This document shows positions 1-13,418 of a stretch of 64,000 bases of DNA, piece after piece. How positions within the stretch are numbered: the first letter of the stretch is position 1; each line of letters starts with the position of its first letter. The DNA comes from Bugula neritina (Eukaryota; Animalia; Bryozoa). The DNA is taken from contig OZ037768.1 in assembly GCA_964035545.1 (NCBI GenBank), positions 9,146,741 to 9,210,740 on the forward strand. The letters run 5' to 3'. The notes below the pieces were generated by a model. It did not search any database. It was not told the DNA's origin and saw nothing but the letters and a program-made list of their open reading frames with translations. The translations under genes and the position numbers were made by a program.

Positions 1-3000
1 AGTTCAAGGTCTAGTTGCTATATGGCAGTGAACTCAACTGCTGTATTCCATGAATTATTCACATCTAATTAGCAAAGATAAAAGCAAAGTAAAGTTGCAC
101 TAGCAAACTCAGCTAAGCTGTACAGTACCAGCTTATTAATGAAAAATCCAACAGAATACTTCCCGAATGATTGCCCTAAAGGTGGTTTAATCCTAAATGC
201 TAATCAACTCGTAAACTTGCAAGTATATAATATTAAGGGTTTTCAAATTTGAACAGTAGCAAAATACTCCTTTTAGTTTCCTTTTAGCTTGGTGAAAGTT
301 GCATTGAAAATGTAAATGAAGGAGGTGACTATAATTAGTTACTGATATTTATTTCTGACTGAGACATTCACTTTTGTATTCAGTTCTGCTAATAGTTACA
401 CGTCCAGGTCAGCAGCACATTGCTGCCTGATCTCTGTGCCTTAACTGCAGCAGTGAAAGTCAGTTATATCTTAGCTAGTATAACTATTACCATTAGTCCT
501 GTGAATTTGCTATATGAGAAAGTTAGCCATCAATTCAAATATCCAGAATATCCAATAATGGTAGAGCCTATTACTAAATCATTGAGTGTTACAATAAGAC
601 AGCCGAGATAATACCATTCAAAGCTGCTAATGTAATAAGCATGTAACCAGATCGAGACTGAAGCCCACCCCCTAATGGGACACCCACACCGATACAGTAC
701 GTAGCAGTAAGCTGTCGTAGTATTACTATTATATCCTGCAGATTATATATCTCAAACATGGCAAAACATGTCTGTAAGTCAGTAACTGAGAAATCCCGAG
801 ACGAGATTTCAAGGTTACTCACTAATAACTAACTACTGCATCCACTTTATATGCACCCTAGTTTAATTTGTTATTACTACAATGGATTAGTACATAATAA
901 AAACAGACGTGGCTTATACTCCAGGTTAGTTGGCCAGCTCATCTATTGCTACTTAGCTTTAACCAGGAGTAGATACCAATAGGGAGTGTTATGTAACAAT
1001 AGCAATTGGCTTGAATAACAAATAGACAGTCTGCTGTAAATACTAATAGCAAATATGGTTTGAAAGAAAAATCAAAATTTACTTTTGTCTGATCAAGAAT
1101 AAACTAAAGTAACCCACGGCTACTGCTATCTACTAAATAACTATCTTTCAAACTTAGTACTTACTAAAACTCGAGCTAGAAACTACTAGTCGAACCTGGA
1201 AGATGAACCCATGAGCTGTTAATCCACCAAGCACAAAGATATTTTTCTGCAAACACTTAGACAAGAACTACTAAGAAGTGCGAATAGCGGTAGTCTACTG
1301 TTTATAATATGCATAATTCAACTCACGCGATAATTGCGAACTTATTCATGTAGCCTATATTCGTACTCTGCACTAGTAGCTCAGCAAAGGAGGCGAGCGT
1401 CACTTACAAAATATTAAGTGTAACCTGCTGTATTTGATAACTAACCTAAACAAGCTACGCGCGCTGATTGGCTAGAGCAGCACGTATAGTCTTATACGAT
1501 TACCACTTCGGATAGGGTGCATTTATCGTATTAACCCGACCTTTGTTAGTACAATAGATTGCGCCTAGGTTGTTGAATGCAAAAAGGTCGCTCCACACAT
1601 ACTGCGAATAAATTATTAAGGGTGGAATTCTAAGCTTCTATTACAAAATGTTTAGGCAGAGGTGAAATTCAATTTCACTCAAAACTAAATAGCGCATTGT
1701 AAATTACAAATGTAGATTGATAATTATTAAACTATAAATTATAAATTATATTAATAAAGTTCATTTGCTTCAGATCAATAAAATTCCCAAAGCCTAGATC
1801 TTTAATACAGTATAATAGTTACAAACATGGCAATTATGATATTTTTTCAAAGTAGCCTCTTAGCAGTAAGTTTTGACCACAATAGCTAAACCTGATTAAC
1901 AGTTCGAATAGTCATCGACTAAGTTCTCTAATGATGTGGGTTGTCATGTTTTCATAAAGGAACTATCTTTGCAATCATATTTTTAAGCTCGCAATATTTT
2001 CAAGGGCTTTTACTAGAACATTTACAGTCATTTTTATTCTTAATAGCTTTTTTTATAAATAATTTTTTATTTACAGATTCTTAAAACTTTAGTGATAAGT
2101 ATTTTGCTTACAAATTGATTAATACTTTCTGGTCAACTGTAAAGTAGTTCAGCTTCTCCAAAATGCTATCTAGTTTCGTGCAAATTAGGATCAAATCCTT
2201 AAAACCTCTGAAAAAGCTTTTATATAGTTTGAGCAAGCTAGAAGGCTCTAGTCATGATAAATTATTATAGGGTATCGCGGCTGTTGCTGGTTAGAAATCT
2301 TCATTTCACTTCAAGCTCTGCTGATCGCCGCTTTAAATCTCAATTCAAGAAAAATTGCAACTTTTCGCAATAAATTAAAACCCATTCCACTTTCCTTCTA
2401 ACTATATAATACCAAACTAAGAAAGCTGTATAAGCAGCTAATTAATTGAATCAAACAAATATAAAAGGTGAGAACCATATCAAAGAAAAGCAATTATAGA
2501 GGAAAAAATAACTCGTAAATTCAATTAAAAATTTATTGAACAAGTTAGTCAACACCCTTGCCAAAGAAACAAAGTAGAAAATTATTAAACAGGACAAAGC
2601 GGAGATAGGTGAGAATATAGGTGAGAATATCTGTCTACAGTGAAGCAGCAGGTAATGATATAGATTTCACTCAATTTTAGCACCGATTAGTATAGACAAG
2701 TTAGCAAATAATTTTATTTACTTTGCTAAAAGTTTCAACAACCGAATAGAAGCAGGAAGCTGTAAGATTTCAAGCCCCATGGAAATCGAAGCTTTTAATT
2801 ACAATGCAAATAGTTGCAACTTGGCAAATTACTAATCATTAAGAACATATAAAGACAGCATAAATAATCAATTTGTTGCCAGGAGTTCTTATGGATGATT
2901 ACCTAGCTTAAACTGCGTGCCTTAGAATTATCTTGCACGCATTACTTGTATTAATATCTTCGTATTATGATTGTATATACGGTTGCTAAAGAGTAGGCCT

Positions 3001-6000
3001 ACTTATAGATATAGCATTATGTTACGTAGTAAACAGCTATTTAACTTAAATTAAATGCATGTCGGACCAAGACCCATTAAAACTAAATATAGCAGTAACA
3101 CAATACTTTTCATAAAACAATGCTCGATATAAGCTGAGCTACAGTGATATTTAACATCCTAATGTAAATATAACAAACCGAACTGCAGCAGCATAATATT
3201 ACAATGGTAGCACGTGCAACCAGTACCAAAGATAAATATAACATTTTAATTTAATTTTAAGCTTTTTTGCTATTAAAAAGTACCCTTTATTTTCATAAAA
3301 AGTGTGTTTTCAAAGGTGCTCAGATTTTCAACCATTTTTATTGCTTAGCCACATAAAAAGTAATTATAGTACTTACAGGGAACCATTTTCATATTATTAT
3401 GTCTTCAAATATACTCTACTTTAAAGTATTTGTAGAAAAGACGTTCTACAGTTGAAGAGTTGTTATCAATTCAATGATATTAATGAGTATTAATATGAGA
3501 ATTATATTCAAATACAGTTATATTCTAGTAATTACATTATATTCTAGTAATTACATTATAATCTATTTTACATTATGTTTCACATTTTATTATATTACAG
3601 TCATATTATATTTTACATTACATAATAATATTATATAATATTTATGATTTTGGCACCATACATTCAGCTAATTTGCAGATTTTATCTAAACTAGCAGTAA
3701 AAATATGTTTAGCCTAATTATTTATTCGTAGAGAGCTGCGCATATAAAAACATTCTAAAGTAAAAACTGGATTTCACGCCCAAGTTTACCAAAAACTCAC
3801 ATGCCTCAACAAGAGCATTAGAGATAGGAACAGCATAATTACCCTATCACAACTTAGATAACTAGTAGCATACTGCTGTTACTTACCCCTTTCACTATTT
3901 CCTGTGTATACAAATGTATAATTTACTGAGCTAACAGTAAGTAGCGGGTCTCAAAAACTGCCTACAGTTGATAAACTAATAACTCTTAGCTACAGTAACT
4001 CACCAGTATAATATAACTAACTGTACTCAATACAATCTACTGCAGCCCACTAAAATAACATGATAATTAGAATACATGCACACGGCTTATTGAGCTGGTG
4101 CTTTCCTTCCACTTATTAACAACACACAAAGGCTTCTCAGTATTGAAGAATCAATATTATACAGATAAATCATACCCGATGTGCCAATAGCGAACTGTAG
4201 CTGCGTTCAGTGATTTATAGAATGAGCCAACCACCAGTACAGCGCAGCTATAAATGCAGTCTGCTGTGGACATAATATTATACGTACGTTACAATTAATT
4301 CATTTTCTACTTGACCCATTTGCCTCTCATCGAATGAAGTGGTTCAATTTTTCATCTAATGAAATGTCACTATTAGTATACATTGTAAAAACCACATTGG
4401 CAATTTAAAAGGATGCAGTCACTGGTGGAAAATTATGTAAAACATCTATACTTAGCATGGAAAGGAACCAATTTAGCATTTTCATTCGATAAGTAATATT
4501 ATTTGGTGATTAAATTACCAAACGCTCTTGAAATTATTTCCACTTTTTCAAAACTATACTATTCTGGGCTTAGTTATTCATGTTATACGCCCTTATTAGT
4601 ATAAACTTTATGCTCAACAAATATAATTATAGTCCTACGAGTGAAGCAAATCATATGCCATGTGACTTACAGGCAACTTGCTCATCAGCTAATTGTTAAG
4701 CAGCTGCTAGACGCAGATGATTATTATTTTCATATGGCTATGATAATGCTGCACACAAAAACAAACTGAAACTTGCAATAGTCATCTTCTTATACCAAAA
4801 TAAAGATAACATATGGCATGGTTCTATGTAAAGTATGCGTGTGACGACAAGCATGACAAATCAGTACTATTTTTGGCCGTAACTTGGCTTATTCATACTA
4901 AAACATCAGTGCGAATGTAAAACAATATATGTCATTCTAAAGTTCATCTAGCATTTATTTAATGAAAACATTAGTACTGAAGTTGCCTGTATATACAACT
5001 GTACACTGCTGGAGATTTGGCTTAGCTTTTTTGCTGATAATTATAGGAATATGCTCCAACTGCACGCTGCTTCTACAACATATGTGGGCAATAACAATAG
5101 CAACTCAGTGGAAAACTACTAAACTGATTTTGCTACGTTTGATATCACAATTAAGAAATTGTTTAGAGCAGTGATTTCCTTAGTTCAAATTCTAATTTAC
5201 ACAAAGGACATTCCAATGCCATATTAAAAAGCAAAACGCTACCCCTGACGTCACAATCTTGGCAAACTATTTTGACTGCCAAAAATGACATTGAGTTTTG
5301 TCACTGCCATCAGCTTCCCTATTAATTATAGGCAGCAATTGGCAAATGTGCCAGCAGCAAACACCAAAATAGCAATAGTACAGGACTACTATTGCCACAA
5401 TGACGTGATGCCGATGTAAACATTGTCTATAGTTAGAAGTTGAATGTTTTCTAACAAATCATAGTTCACATGTTGTAAAAACATGTAAAAGGATAAACAA
5501 ATTAAGCCTAATTTAGTTTTGGGAGTGCCAATTATTAATCTAAAGAGAAGATAACTCCATTTTAGTGCCTAAATTGTTTACTAACAGGCTTCAATTAGTA
5601 CAGAACTCTTGTTACTCTTTCTAAACTGCACTAAAATGTTATTATTGAAAGTTGAACGATAATTATGAATTATTCATTAAAGTGTCGCAATTTTATTCCT
5701 CAATCACTGGTTAATTGCAAATCAATGGTGGGGCACAGTGGCCTACATCCTTCTGCTACTAGCTGCATACAGTTTCCAGACAATAAAGAAGTCGGCATAA
5801 AATGTTGAGATATTTTAAATGTTGCTATATTTAGAATATGTGACCGTTCATTGACGTTCATCCCAGTAATTACAAAGCTTCAGTTTGAGTAGCAGTGAAA
5901 ATCAATCATTAAGTTGTAAACAATTTTAGAACGTATATGGTTATTACACTGATCAACTGTGAATGATATACTAGACCAATACAATCATTTGTAGCACAAG

Positions 6001-6391
6001 ATATTAAGCCAGTATGTGCTCAAGAAGCTTTTTATTTTCTTATATTATGTTTATTACATTACATAAATCATCATATTATGCTACCTATATTTGTATTATC
6101 AGGTATGAAAAAGTTAAGATACATCAGTCAATGTTGGGGTGTAGAAAAATCGAAAAAATCAAGTGTGATATAAGAGCCTAGTTACACTTCAGAAAATATG
6201 CAAAACACAACCATAAACATTTAGCAGTTAAAATAAGTTCACACATACAGGTTCAATCATTAATCAAATAATATTGTCATATAAGCTGTTAGAGCTGAAA
6301 ATAATATTAAAATTCCATTATTAAAATAATGGTGCACGATGGCTTATATTAACCCATTTGCAGTTTATTCATTCAAAAGGCTTCAGTGTTA

Positions 6392-8460
6392 TTAAAAATG
6401 AAAACAAATTTTACTAAGCACAGCAAACACACCAATCAAGACACTGAATTGAAAAGTAGCTGCTCCATTATCGTCATCACCTACACTGCTGTCATCATCA
6501 TCGTCGTCATCCTCGTCATCCAGTACCACTCCGTCCAACTCAAGGTCAATGATTGGGTCGTACAATGCCATTGAACTGAACATAGGGATTCTACATTTGA
6601 GTAAGGATTTTCCTCCGCTTTGTTCATATTCTGGATATCCTTCTGCCATATCCAGTACTTTGCCATCTATTTCAACCTGAATAAACCGCCATACAATCAC
6701 AATACGAAGGAAATTGATTTCTGTGCGACAGACATATGCTGTTTATACAGTATGTTATTACTACCATGTTACAGTCTGCTGAACTAGAGCATGCATACTT
6801 AGGTGGCAATAGCTTACATCAAATATTATCAATAATGTTTCTTACATAAAACAAAATATACAATGCAATGCTGTGTACAAAATTGATTAGAATTATGTCA
6901 GAAAGTTATATTCAGATGTGGGCACGTCATTGGATGGATAATCAATAATATATAATATAAAACACTTTTCTGTATTCCCAGTTCATATTTTTATCTATAT
7001 TAAACATATAAAGCTACATTTAATAAACAATACATTGGTTGGGGAATTTTCTTTCATTTCAAGTAGAGGGGAAGGTGTAATAATTGATACATTATCATTA
7101 TATTATGCTCAAGACATTTTAATAGAACACGCGTAAATAATATAATATTTATACAAAGATTGGGAAATAACTGTTTTAGTAGTTGCAAGTCATACAAGCC
7201 TCTATAGTGAAGTTTCACACGACATAAAGAGAAAGCAATAAAGCCTTACATCTCTCTGTATATAATATATTAAAAAACTACAGTTATAACTACCTCCTTT
7301 TATATTAACTGAACTTATAAAATTTCAGCAGAAAACTAACTTATTTCATGCACCACATGTTACTTCAAGCTAGTGGCTATGAAGCAATTTTTAATTTTAA
7401 TAAAAAGTTTTGCACTAGTTTTTATTTAGCAAATGTCTGTATTTACTTATAAGTCATTTATTTACTAGTTGTAGGTTTGAGTTCAGTGATTTTCCAAATG
7501 AGCTAAAATATATTATAGGAAATAGCATTTTTTTGACCTGCTTATAGGTCTAAGAGTGAAATCATTGAATTTTTGGCCTTTTCATCAATGCATTAGTATT
7601 TTTATTCTTATTTTATATTTGTGCATCACAAACTTTTTAACAATTATTCAATTATTTGTTGTATGTTCCTACAAACTTTACTTGTTAAGTTTATTGTATA
7701 ACAAGTTTATAGAAGTCTAGTTATAGTTCTAACATATTTTATATAAAAGATTATAGAATATATATTTCATTAAAGTGCAATCACATGAATGTACTAAGTT
7801 GTTATCAAGTTGCTATATTGTGTTATTTAGAGTTATCTTCCTATGACCGCCAATGAGGGGATAAAAATCACAAAAAAGTTTCTGTTAAATGTGCTGTACT
7901 TAAGCAATTTCTTGTTAACCATTAATCTACATGCATCATACCTATAAATTATAAAGTATTTCATAAAATATACGGTTTAATTATCTATTTAGTGCTGCAC
8001 ATAGTCATTAGTCTGGGACTTGGATTTAAAAAGAAATTTCTTTGTTTACCTTTTTCGACATGCGAAGAGCAGCCGTTCCACCCAGTCCATAAGTGTCAAG
8101 GTTTTCTTTGGGTCTTTTAGCTTTAGCAGCTTTTGCTTTTTTCTTACCATAAGCCACCAGTGTTACCTCTAAAGCTTCTCCAGTTTCCAAGTTTTTCTAA
8201 TGTTATTAAATATCAAATGCTATATTTTTCTATTGAAGGGTATTATATATAATTTATATGACACGAAACTTGTGAAATTATAAGTTAAGAATATTATGAT
8301 CCAGCAGATTTTACTAAATTTGTGACAAAACAATTGCAAGTGCTATATTACAAGTTTTTAAACCAAGGTCCTAAAACTACATCAACTTGTTTAGCAGGTG
8401 AGAAATCTTTTAAATTCAATTAGTTTTTGGTATTATAATATGTAATATAGCAAATTTTTA

Positions 8461-8514
<54 letters not shown>

Positions 8515-10853
8515 CCAATGAAGTTTCTCTAATAGCATGTGCGGCAAATCAAGAGTTATGGACACTCTCAAAAAGGTAGAGTAACTCCTTTTGCATCTAC
8601 ATTCACACAACATTTTTGCTATTTTAAAACACATTAGGTTGTATAAGTATTCATCAATATTGTCTATGAAGTAATTTTTCAAAATGATTTAATTACAAAC
8701 ACTATTATGCTATTCTCACCTTAGCACAGCCCGTTTCATTCGTCTCACTGGTACAAAACTTGAATCCTTCAAAGATATAGTTTGTTTTGACAGAACCTTC
8801 TGAGACATTGAAAGTCTCGTTGCCAATGCTCAGTTGAGCATCTTCCTCGAATGTATATACCGTGATGTTTATCCGTCCAATAAGTATGTCTGTGCCATTG
8901 AAATCTTTTTTTAGGTCGGTGTAAAAAGATACACTACAAAATACATTCATGAACTTTTCTTCCTTGTATAGGATTTATGTTATTATGAAGAAGCTTCATT
9001 GCGAATTTTTTTTCCCTTTTTTAGATAAACTACCTCGACAGTTGTGAACTTAACACAAACGCTCAAACTCGCTCACACACATGCATATACAAATATTATA
9101 TTGTATTATATGGTAAACGTGTGTAATTGTACTTTTTCATATAGTTGTTGACAAAACACAGATAAGTTTGCCACAATGTTTTATCAGGGTTAAAGTTTAA
9201 CCATTGTCCATTTCTAAGAATCTCATGCTTTTGAACACTATGTAAAAATTTACATGGTGCAAAAAAGCTTAAGTAACAAACTGCTCACAATTAGTTAAGT
9301 AACACTAACCTTGAAACATCGATCTCAGTGCCTGGATATGTGCCATTCTCAACAACTTCTGAAAATTCAAAGTTTAAGCCAGCAAATGACTTTATGAGGT
9401 TTCTTCCTCCCTTCAATTCCTTAAGGTCTGCAATTGAACAGGTTATTTGTAGTCCAAATTCCACAGTGCTAACATTATTTGTACAGATTCTAGTAGGTAC
9501 AAACCATTATCATAATTACAATAGATGTGCTGCATGAATAGGTGCACATAATAGTGTTACAATATACTTGCTCACATATGAATAACAACATGAATGGATT
9601 TGAATAATAGAACATCCTCGTCAATTATAAACTAAAATACAAATGTTTACTAGTTTTGGTTATAGCCTTACTTCCGCCGACACCAGGCCTTGCTCTACCA
9701 ACTTCAACAATGCTATCCAGCTGCAAGCTGACTGTATTGCTGACTCCAAAGCTATCACTATCGCTGACTTCTATTACTCCGCCACTGCCAGAAGCTCTGA
9801 CCCTTGCTTTACTCTTGCTATTTCTCTTAGGTTTTATCTGTGACAAAATGGTACAATGAGATGTTAAAATGCAAAAACTCACGCAAGACGTTTTAATGTA
9901 ACTAGTATCATACTTATGTAGCACCAAAGTTAAATATATAGTGAAGAGGATATTAGATATGTGACTGAGTTGAAGATAGTGGGAAAGAGAAAGAGAAGAC
10001 GGCCCAAATGAAGATGAATGGACACGATAGCAGATGACATGAAGCGTTGGGGCCTTAAATCAGAGGATGCAGAAGACCGGGAAAGATGACGGACGCTGAT
10101 AGAGATTGGAAGCCTGCAGACCGGTCACTCGTACAGGACTATGACCGTATAGGTGTGAAAGGTGTGAAAAGTTAAATATATAAGAACATTGAACTTAATA
10201 TTTACATACCACCAGCACTCAGTGCCTTATAGCTGGAGGAATACAAATAGTATATTGAAAAAATGATTGGGGGGAAAATAATTGTTAGTAGAAAATAAAT
10301 TGTTTCAAGTGTTTATAACACACTTGAAACCCAATTAAGTTTTTCCACTGTTTTCTGTATCTCTTAGTTTCATCAGATTAATGTTACCCGATAGTGTTAA
10401 TTTCAGCCTACCTGTTTGGTTTGAGTAGATGGTGAGGCGGTAATAACTTCTCCAGCATAAATGGTAGTTTCCGATGTTGGCTCTGTAGCTGTAACATCAA
10501 CAGGGTATAAAATACAAAACTTTAAAGAATAAAATCATCTACACTTTTAAATGGCTTAATGAAATGAAATGCTACTAATTAACATATAATACAAGGACAA
10601 ATGGTAACTCAGATTCATGTAACTTTTCTAACTGTAACGCACTTTTAGAATAAAAAGATAGCTCTATTATAAAAATAATACAAGCAAACAGCAGCCAAGA
10701 ATTTATTTTAACAATACATAGATATATAAATGCAAAACTAAAATAATAATCTAGCAATAAGTAGGATAAATAATAAAACTTACTAGCATCATCTGCGAAA
10801 ATACAGGCTGCCACGAGCAGCACTGCAAAAGCTACCTTTATTAGGCACATCAT
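6392..10853 (-). CDS. Secreted, probably GPI-anchored or membrane-tethered acidic protein of the skeletal aspartic-acid-rich protein (SAARP/CARP4)-like family, ~358 aa, 7 exons
   Basis: Phase-consistent GT-AG exons: 10784-10853, 10412-10488, 9672-9837, 9310-9427, 8720-8933, 8050-8196, 6392-6676. Signal peptide MMCLIKVAFAVLLVAACIFA. Motifs recalled from coral SAARPs: GSGGVI, SFAGLNFEFS, VYTF..IGNETFNVSEGSVKTN..FC, YGLGG, MAEGYP..CRIPMF..YDP. Asp tract DDEDDDDDDDSSVGDDD followed by a hydrophobic C-terminal tail. Family assignment is from memory, not a search. Confidence 0.8.
8463..8512. repeat. (TA)n microsatellite in an intron
   Basis: About 25 perfect TA units. Confidence 0.97.
9941..10167 (+). 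mobile_element. 5'-truncated RTE-clade LINE 3' end with 15-bp target-site duplication
   Basis: Translates as GKRKRRRPK*R*MDTIADDMKRWGLKSEDAEDRER*RTLI, the typical RTE ORF C-terminus with decayed W/R codons. Ends in short tandem repeat AGGTGTGAA. Flanked by AAAGTTAAATATATA at 9926-9940 and 10168-10182. Confidence 0.85.
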
Positions 10854-13418
10854 TTTCCTAACTTTTACAGTAACTTAACCTAAATGTTTGTACCAGGTAG
10901 TACAACCACTGAAATCAATAAAATCCAATCTAAGCCGTAGCAGCATATATATGAGTTCATAACTATAATAGACTAAATCAAACAGCCAATCAGCAACTTA
11001 ACAACCCTGGTTCTTTTGTATATGATCAACCAGCTTTGACAATCTAAAATTATTTTATATAAACTCAAGGTAAATAATTTACAAAACTTGTCAAAATTGC
11101 ACAAAGAGTAATTTATTTCAAAGTTTGATGACATCAAATTGTTATACTTTTGGTATTATAAGAAATTAAAAGCTATAGTATGTATTAGGTCAACGTTATA
11201 TTAATCAATATCACATCCTGTTAAATTGTAAAGTTTTAGCTTCGTATTCCGAACATTAAACTCCTATAAGATGGCACTATCAGGTAGGTGTGAGGTCAAC
11301 AGGCTACACGGCATGAAAGTTCTAGGTTAATAGACTATGTAGCTGTAAGAGTGATATTCTGTTCCATAAATTAGTAATGTCAATATACTTATTCTGACGC
11401 TACAAGTGACATTGCAAACAACTTTTCTTCACCTTGATAGTCAAGGAACTTGTTGCAGATGGATATATGTATGTTAAAACAGGAGTTTAGTAATATATAT
11501 GTTAGCGAGACCTGACGTTTTTATTTACATTTGCTATATTTCTTTGATGTGGCAACTTTGAAAACTGCTGTTAAACAAAAATAAAATAAACATAAATGCT
11601 AACACATAAAAATGTAGTCAAAGTTTTCATCTAAAAGCTTAAAAGCACATATTTAGCCAAACTTGTTAAGGGTGAACTGTAAATTACACATGAATGTGTA
11701 ATTCACATTTCATGCTGTAAGCTAAGATTAGCCAACTATGATTTTTGATAACTCTATTTTCACTATTAAAACTCTAACTGTGAAATATAAATGCAATTGT
11801 TGGCCAATGCATCACAAAATGTTGAAAGTTTCAGTAGTGCTTACCATATATAACATAAACCACGATTGTTCTTTATTAATTTTACTGCAGATTATAGCAG
11901 CACAAGTTTGAGGTCCTTTTCGCAGTGTTTCAGTGCAGCTACATGGCTAAAGAGACGTCAAATATGTTTTAAAGTCTAAATCATCATGTACAAATATTTC
12001 TCACACAAGGAGCTCATTGCTTGGTGTTATCTTCAGCGAGAAACTGCTACCATCCTGCATAAGGTTAGTGAACATCGTTGCACAGTGAGCATTAACGCCT
12101 GTCATTGGGTATTCAAACATAGCACATCATAGACTGATTGTACCTTTGCTCAGCTTTATAAAGCTGGGTATTTCAACTAGATTCCCTTACTGTTGCCTTG
12201 TACTAGAAATGATATAACAAGCTACACTATGTTTCACTCAAACCTGTATTTTTAGTGCTTGAAGAGCCCCATTTTCAAAAACTGATTTTTACCATGAGTG
12301 ACATCATGAGTATATTCACATATTTAATAGGTGTGGCTGCTCCCAGTAATATCATACATACTTGGTCTATTTTTGTACTAGTTTTATTTTCAATCACGTA
12401 TATAAGCAATTTCACAATTTACCTGGTGCACTCAAACACAAGGGAAAATTTAAGCAACAATACAAGTTCCATAGTTTTGCTTATTCATTGTTAAATTTCT
12501 AAAGTGTGAGTTGGTGTATTGCTCACCAGACATTACTTAGTTGAAGCAACATACACATCAAGTGAATAATCCATAGTATTTCTATTATTTTTGTGAAAGG
12601 TAGTGCAAATGACTGTTTACTAATTCATGAAGAAGCATGTGTTAGTGATTCATAGCAACTAGTATTATAAGATGGACAATCTATATATATATATATATCT
12701 CAACGATGCAAGCAAGTTACACAGTAAACTGTATACAGTAGACAAGGCAGCTAAGAAGGATGCATTCAGATTTCACTTTATGATATTAAATATTTGAAAA
12801 ATTATTTGCTCTGCCACTGGTAGACATAAGATGAGTTTTATGTATATCGCTCAACAGCACTAACTAATGCACTGACGGAACTTGGTATATCATTCCCCAC
12901 CAGAAAGACTTAGCAAAATACAAATCTGGTAGCAAAATTTGTGTAAATTTTATCTGGTAGAACATCGAGTTATTCTTATTGTTAGCAATTTGCTTGAATA
13001 CAGCTTTCCTTAATGAAGACAGTAGAATTTAAAATCAAATAACTTTTATTCCAGCATAGAGGAATGTTTTGCAAAAAATTGTATACAAAAAATAGTGTTT
13101 GTAATACAGTGGACAGAAATATCTCAGCATGGAGAAAAAAATTGATCAAGAATGTTATTAGGCAAAAAGGACTTGTTATAAGAAATTAAATAATAAAAAA
13201 ACAATTTGTTATAAGGTTTGATTAAAATCTAAAATATCATAGATTGATCATTGGCAACAGTAGAGTAATCAGTTTTTGTGAATTAGTTGGTAAATTAATT
13301 TTTTTTTTAAGCCGCAGGTTTTGCTGTAGTTGATAGAACAAAAATAAACACTTTTGAATGCAAGTTGAATTTGATTAACTAAAAAAATAAAAAATAAATG
13401 TAATTATTTTTGGACTCG

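Noticed and set aside
1-6000. Short ORFs, splice-like signals near 1160-1326, CCAAT box at ~1464 and CRE at ~5246
   Set aside because: No recognisable protein or consistent exon chain. May be the 5' UTR or promoter of a gene outside the window, but unsupported.
8458-8682. ORF ending in YIYIYI
   Set aside because: Read-through of a TA microsatellite.
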